Source of the DNA: Carcharhinus longimanus
Lineage: Eukaryota
Length of the DNA: 64,000 nucleotides
Direction: 5' to 3'
Assembly (NCBI GenBank): GCA_030264375.1
Contig: JASCQW010000001.1
Location: 159,314,299-159,378,298 of the forward strand
Positions 59,591 to 64,000 of this stretch are shown here, piece by piece. Made by a program: the position numbers and the translations under genes. The notes beneath the pieces are model-generated. The model was not told the origin of the DNA, did no database searches, and saw only the letters and a list, made by a program, of their open reading frames with translations. How positions within the stretch are numbered: position 1 is the first letter of the stretch; each line of letters starts with the position of its first letter.

Positions 59591-60424
59591 ATTTCAACAA
59601 TATTACGCCTGTCTCTAAAATTTATATAGCTCTGACAAAGGGTTAGCGTGACTTGAAACATTGGCTCTATTCTCTCCACAGATGCAGTCAGACCTGCTGA
59701 GATTTTCCAGCATTTTTCTGTTTTTGTTGTTTATGTCTAACCTTGGATTCTGTTTAGTAAGTATGGATTTGTGCTGATTCATTTTGCAGTGACTCATCAT
59801 GCTTACCAATTTTTGAATTGTTGACTAAGGAAGAATAATGGGGCTTAATGATTGACCTCCTCACAAAACAAAAATATATCCTGAAATAATGACCTCTTCT
59901 TGAGGTTTTGATGACATTTCTGTCCTGTTTTAGCTCCACAATCGCAGCTTACTATATACGAACAAATGTTTATTCATCTGAGGCCATCAACGAGGTAATA
60001 TATGAGTAAGACATGGTCAGGTCTCACGCTGAACACTGCGTCGAGTTCTGGTCATCAAGGAGACACTCAAGCACTGAGCTTGTGCATAGAAGAGATGCCC
60101 CCCCTCCACTCTAACAGTGGTCAGACTTATAAGGAAAAGAGGCACCCGAGAGGCAATTTTACAAATGTGTACAAGTGTGTTCAGAGAGTGGAGTTCATAA
60201 AATATCATCTTAAACTGCGAGGGCTAAAACAAAGGACACAGGTTTGAGCTTGAGGGCCCATCCAGAAATTTTTCTTCAAGAAACTATGGAATTTCCAGGT
60301 CAGGCAGGGGAGGCATTTAAGAAAGAATTGAACTGTATGATTGGGGGACTTTAACGTTTTTCAAAATGGACGAATTAGAATGGGATGATCATCCATAATT
60401 ATCTTTCAATTTTGATAGTTACTT

Positions 60425-60718
60425 CAATAATCAAGGACCCTGGTGCACCCTGGACATTCTCTCTTCCACCTTCTTCCAGCGGGAAAAAGATACAAAAGTC
60501 TGAGGTCACGTACCAATCGACTCAACAACAGCTTCNNNNNNNNNNNNNNNNNNNNNNNNNNNNNNNNTCGTACTATGTTGATCTTTGTCTACACGTTAGC
60601 CATGACTGCAACACTACATTCTGCACTCTCTCCTTTCCTTCTCTATGTAGGTACGCTTAGTTGAGCAAGACACAATACTTTTCACTGCATACTAATACAA
60701 GTGACCATAATAAATCAA
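60425..60718 (+). mobile_element. Rex1/Babar-type LINE 3' end
   Basis: HPGHSLFHLLPAGKRYKSLRSRTNRLNNSF motif and tail CAATACTTTTCACTG...GTGACCATAATAAATCAA. The tail also occurs at about 51075-51200. Confidence 0.75.
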
Positions 60719-61412
60719 CAAGATATTGCTGTGTATAATATGGAAGTATACATTGTTTGCATTGACCATATATAATTTATATACACATATTATATAGGCA
60801 ATTTGTCAAGCATACATATGACCAGGCACTGTCAATGGTGAATATTATTGGTGACAAAGTACTTTAACTTTCTTAATATACGGATAATTTTATTTTTGCA
60901 GATAGTATTTGTGAGTGTTTGAGTATAATTGCTGTCCTTTCCACTTCTGATGAATAAAGCCTGTGTGACTGACAGGTCACATTGCAGATACGAGCATGCC
61001 AACCCTAACTCCCAGCAACAGCCAGTGAGTGCCCCTTTCTTCAAGAACGTGCAAAATGGACAATAGGAGGTAGAAAAATAAATCTAGTAAGAAGGTTTAA
61101 ATTTTACTTACATCAAGAGTCAAAACATGCCAGGAAAATTTAGAATAGGTGTTGTATACTCAAAGTTGCAAAAAAACATTGAGAAAGCAGGGAGAGAGCC
61201 GGGCACACATTGGAAAGAAAGTTAATTCTTAAATCTTAATGCAAAATTATACTTGACAGGATTAATTTAGTCAGGTGTTAACCCTATTCCTGATCTTGGG
61301 GTAAGCATTATTACTACAATACCAGTGTGAGTTTGCTGGAATTCAAAGATCCTTGACATCTCCTTGGATTCTGCCTAATTTGTTAAGGATTTCCAGCATT
61401 TATTTAAACCTT

Positions 61413-61581
61413 AAGAAACATAGAAGATAGGAGCAGGACGAGGCCATTCAGCCCTTCTAGCCTGCTCCACCATTCATCACGATCATGGCTGACTGTCCCA
61501 CCGAACTGCCTAATCCTACTTTCTCCCCCATCACCTTTGATCCCATTCGCCCCAAGTGCTGTATCTAGTCATGTCTTGAAT
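61413..61581 (-). mobile_element. CR1 3' end running into a gap
   Basis: Similar to 2557-2722. Confidence 0.8.
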
Positions 61582-63471
61582 NNNNNNNNNNNNNNNNNNN
61601 NNNNNNNNNNNNNNNNNNNNNNNNNNNNNNNNNNNNNNNNNNNNNNNNNNNNNNNNNNNNNNNNNNNNNNNNNNNNNNNNNTTTCCTCTCAAGGGCATGT
61701 TTTGTCTGTCTCAGCCTGTGGGACAAGAGTGAAAGACTGGCCACAGGAATTGAAGTTACATAGCTCAAGCATGCCTCTTACTGAGTTAATCAAGGAGTGT
61801 TGGTGATATATTCAGGGCGTGCCTGGAGCACGTCTTGTCCTAGCAGAGTACTGCAAAAAGTAAGAACAGAGAAGGTTGCAGTAGTAACATTCCAGATTTC
61901 ACCCTCAGCTATCAAAGACACAGATGGTGATAACATGCATCCATAAACTTATACGTAATCAGTTTTTCAAATTGGCTCACCTTTGAACATAGAGGTTAAT
62001 TTGAACCTGACTCTCTAGGAGGGAATTCCAAGGGCTGGGACAGAATCCCGGTTTTATATCCCATACTGTATTATTCCTTGCTGATTTTGATGTGGATTAA
62101 AATTGGGCTGGATGTAAAAGCAGTGTTGTACCAATCTCAGTCTGTTTAATGATCTGGTTTCATTAAAGTGGCAGACCCTTTGCAGGGATACTGAATGCCT
62201 CACCACCCACAAAATATGGAACAATCAGGAAGTCTACAAGTAGAAAGCAAACATTTTTACAAATCTTTATGGAAGTATTGTTTTTATATTGATTTTAATC
62301 TCCCAACGTGATGTAATTCAGATACATAACTCGAGTCACAGAAATAAAATTTGTGAGTTAGGTTCCATCAGCCTTGCCTTGCTTGTGGTCACTGTGTTTT
62401 CAGTAAAACCATCAATTCTCGTTGCATGTACTTCACTGTTCCAAAATTCTAACTCACCCTGCAAGCTTAACGACACTGTCCAAGCCCTCATTTGCTTGGA
62501 TTGTTTAGATTTAGTGCCACCCAGTTAGCAGCAATGAGCAGTGAGTTAAAAGTGTCATACCATGTACTTTAAACATGTAATTCTAAAGCACTTTCCAACT
62601 GAACTTTTAACATTGAAGTTTGTTTTGGTCTTCCGCCCAAAGACAGTTTTGCCAATTTTCTCAAACATTTATATTCAATCATCTTTCATTATGCTTAATG
62701 ACCATTTTAAAAAAACACAAAACAAATAGTGCCAAACAACTTAAAGCAGCATTTATATTGTGACTACTAGTCCAGAAGATTGATTTTCAGCAAGTTTATA
62801 TTCTCTGGCTGCAAAACAGTGTTCTGTGGCTAAGAGAGAACCCCATACGTATGTACTTTGATGTACATACAGAGCTCAACACCTGGCTGGTAAACTATAA
62901 ATGCATTGAGATGTTGGCAGCAGTGCCTACCTTCTCAAAACACTGTAAAAATATTCTGTTAAATCTGTAAAAGCAGCCAGAGATCCAGAGAGTCTTTCAA
63001 CCCAATTCCACACTGCATTGGAATGGTGTTCCTTGTGCCGTGAGGTCCAAGAAGAGAGGGGTGGTCTGCCTGGGATTCTCATCCTAACCCCCCATCCCCA
63101 GAGATGTCTTTGAGTCGCATTGTTATTTTTGCTTATGGGCAGTAAAAGCTGTTGTAAGCTGGTGCAGGAATGATAGTATAATCATACCCAGAGAATAATA
63201 TTGATGTTCTTTCATTAGTTCCATCACCATTTAATTATATTTGTTTAAATCAGGAGTACAGTAACATCACCCAATACTCTGTTGAAGAATTATGTCGGGC
63301 AACAGTGATGGGAGATTGAGAGAAGTGGTCATCTGGGGTACGAACTAATTCATTACCCTTGCACCATCAGCTCAACTTTCAATCCAGTATTTCCAATGCT
63401 GGCGTCAGCATTAACTGTTTAAAACAAGTATATACTCAGAATAAAAACAAATCAAAGTAGATGGAACAAAT

Positions 63472-64000
63472 AACATAGAAGATAGAAGCAAGAGAGGCCA
63501 TTTGGCTCTTTGACCCTGCCCCACCATTCATTACGATCATGGCTGATCGTCCAACTCAATAGCCTAATCCTATAACCTCCTTATAACCTTTGATCACATT
63601 CGCCCCAAGTGCTATATCTAGCTGCTCCTTCAATGCATTCAATGTTTTGGCATTAACTACTTCCTGTGATAATAAATTCCACAGGCTCACCATTCTTTAG
63701 AAATGTCTCCTCATCTCTGCCCTAAATGGTCTACCCTATATCCTCAGCATGTGACCCCTGGTTCTGAACTCCCCCACCATCAGAAACATTCCCTCTGCCT
63801 CTACCTTGTCTAATCCTGTTAGAATTTTATAAATTTCTATGAGATCCCCCCTCATTCATCCGAACTCCGAACCTAGTCAATCTCTCCTCATACATCAGTC
63901 CCGTCGTCCCTTGAGTCAGCCTGGTAAACTTTCACTGCATTCCCTCGAGAGCAAGAACATTTTTCCTCAGAAAAGGAGACCAAAACCGCACACAATATTC
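63472..64000 (-). mobile_element. CR1 LINE 3' fragment continuing out of the window
   Basis: Colinear with 2557-3085 along its whole length. Confidence 0.88.

Noticed and set aside
47318-64000. Upstream NRG1 exons (Ig, spacer, type III CRD) or a promoter
   Set aside because: No recognisable peptide with valid splice sites. ORFs such as 57621-58013 and 55144-55461 resemble nothing I know. Very small or gap-hidden exons cannot be excluded.

Overview
This is vertebrate genomic DNA, very likely from a shark or other elasmobranch given the dense HE1-type V-SINEs, CR1 3' fragments and Penelope-like palindromes. It is a draft assembly with many N gaps. The window holds the 3' half of a neuregulin gene on the minus strand, best called NRG1. 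In transcription order its exons are: common EGF (47197-47317), alpha (38575-38642), beta (37716-37774), 24-nt stalk-1 microexon (24695-24718), transmembrane (19596-19698), three cytoplasmic exons (16598-16724, 13787-13917, 10691-10894) and the terminal a-tail exon (8122-8761) with a conserved-looking 3'UTR. All junctions are GT-AG and in phase. I found no 5' exons (Ig, spacer, CRD), so 47318-64000 appears intronic. Main observations: (1) the common EGF exon is NRG2-like while everything downstream is NRG1-like; (2) the last intron holds an in-frame candidate alternative terminal exon repeating the a-tail C-terminal motif; (3) the beta exon keeps the alpha3 second reading frame; (4) Penelope-type palindromes carry degenerate minimal hammerhead cores; (5) a MITE family has inserted twice at the same SINE position. 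Comparisons with human sequences and repeat-family names are from memory, not from searches. Repeat coordinates are approximate.
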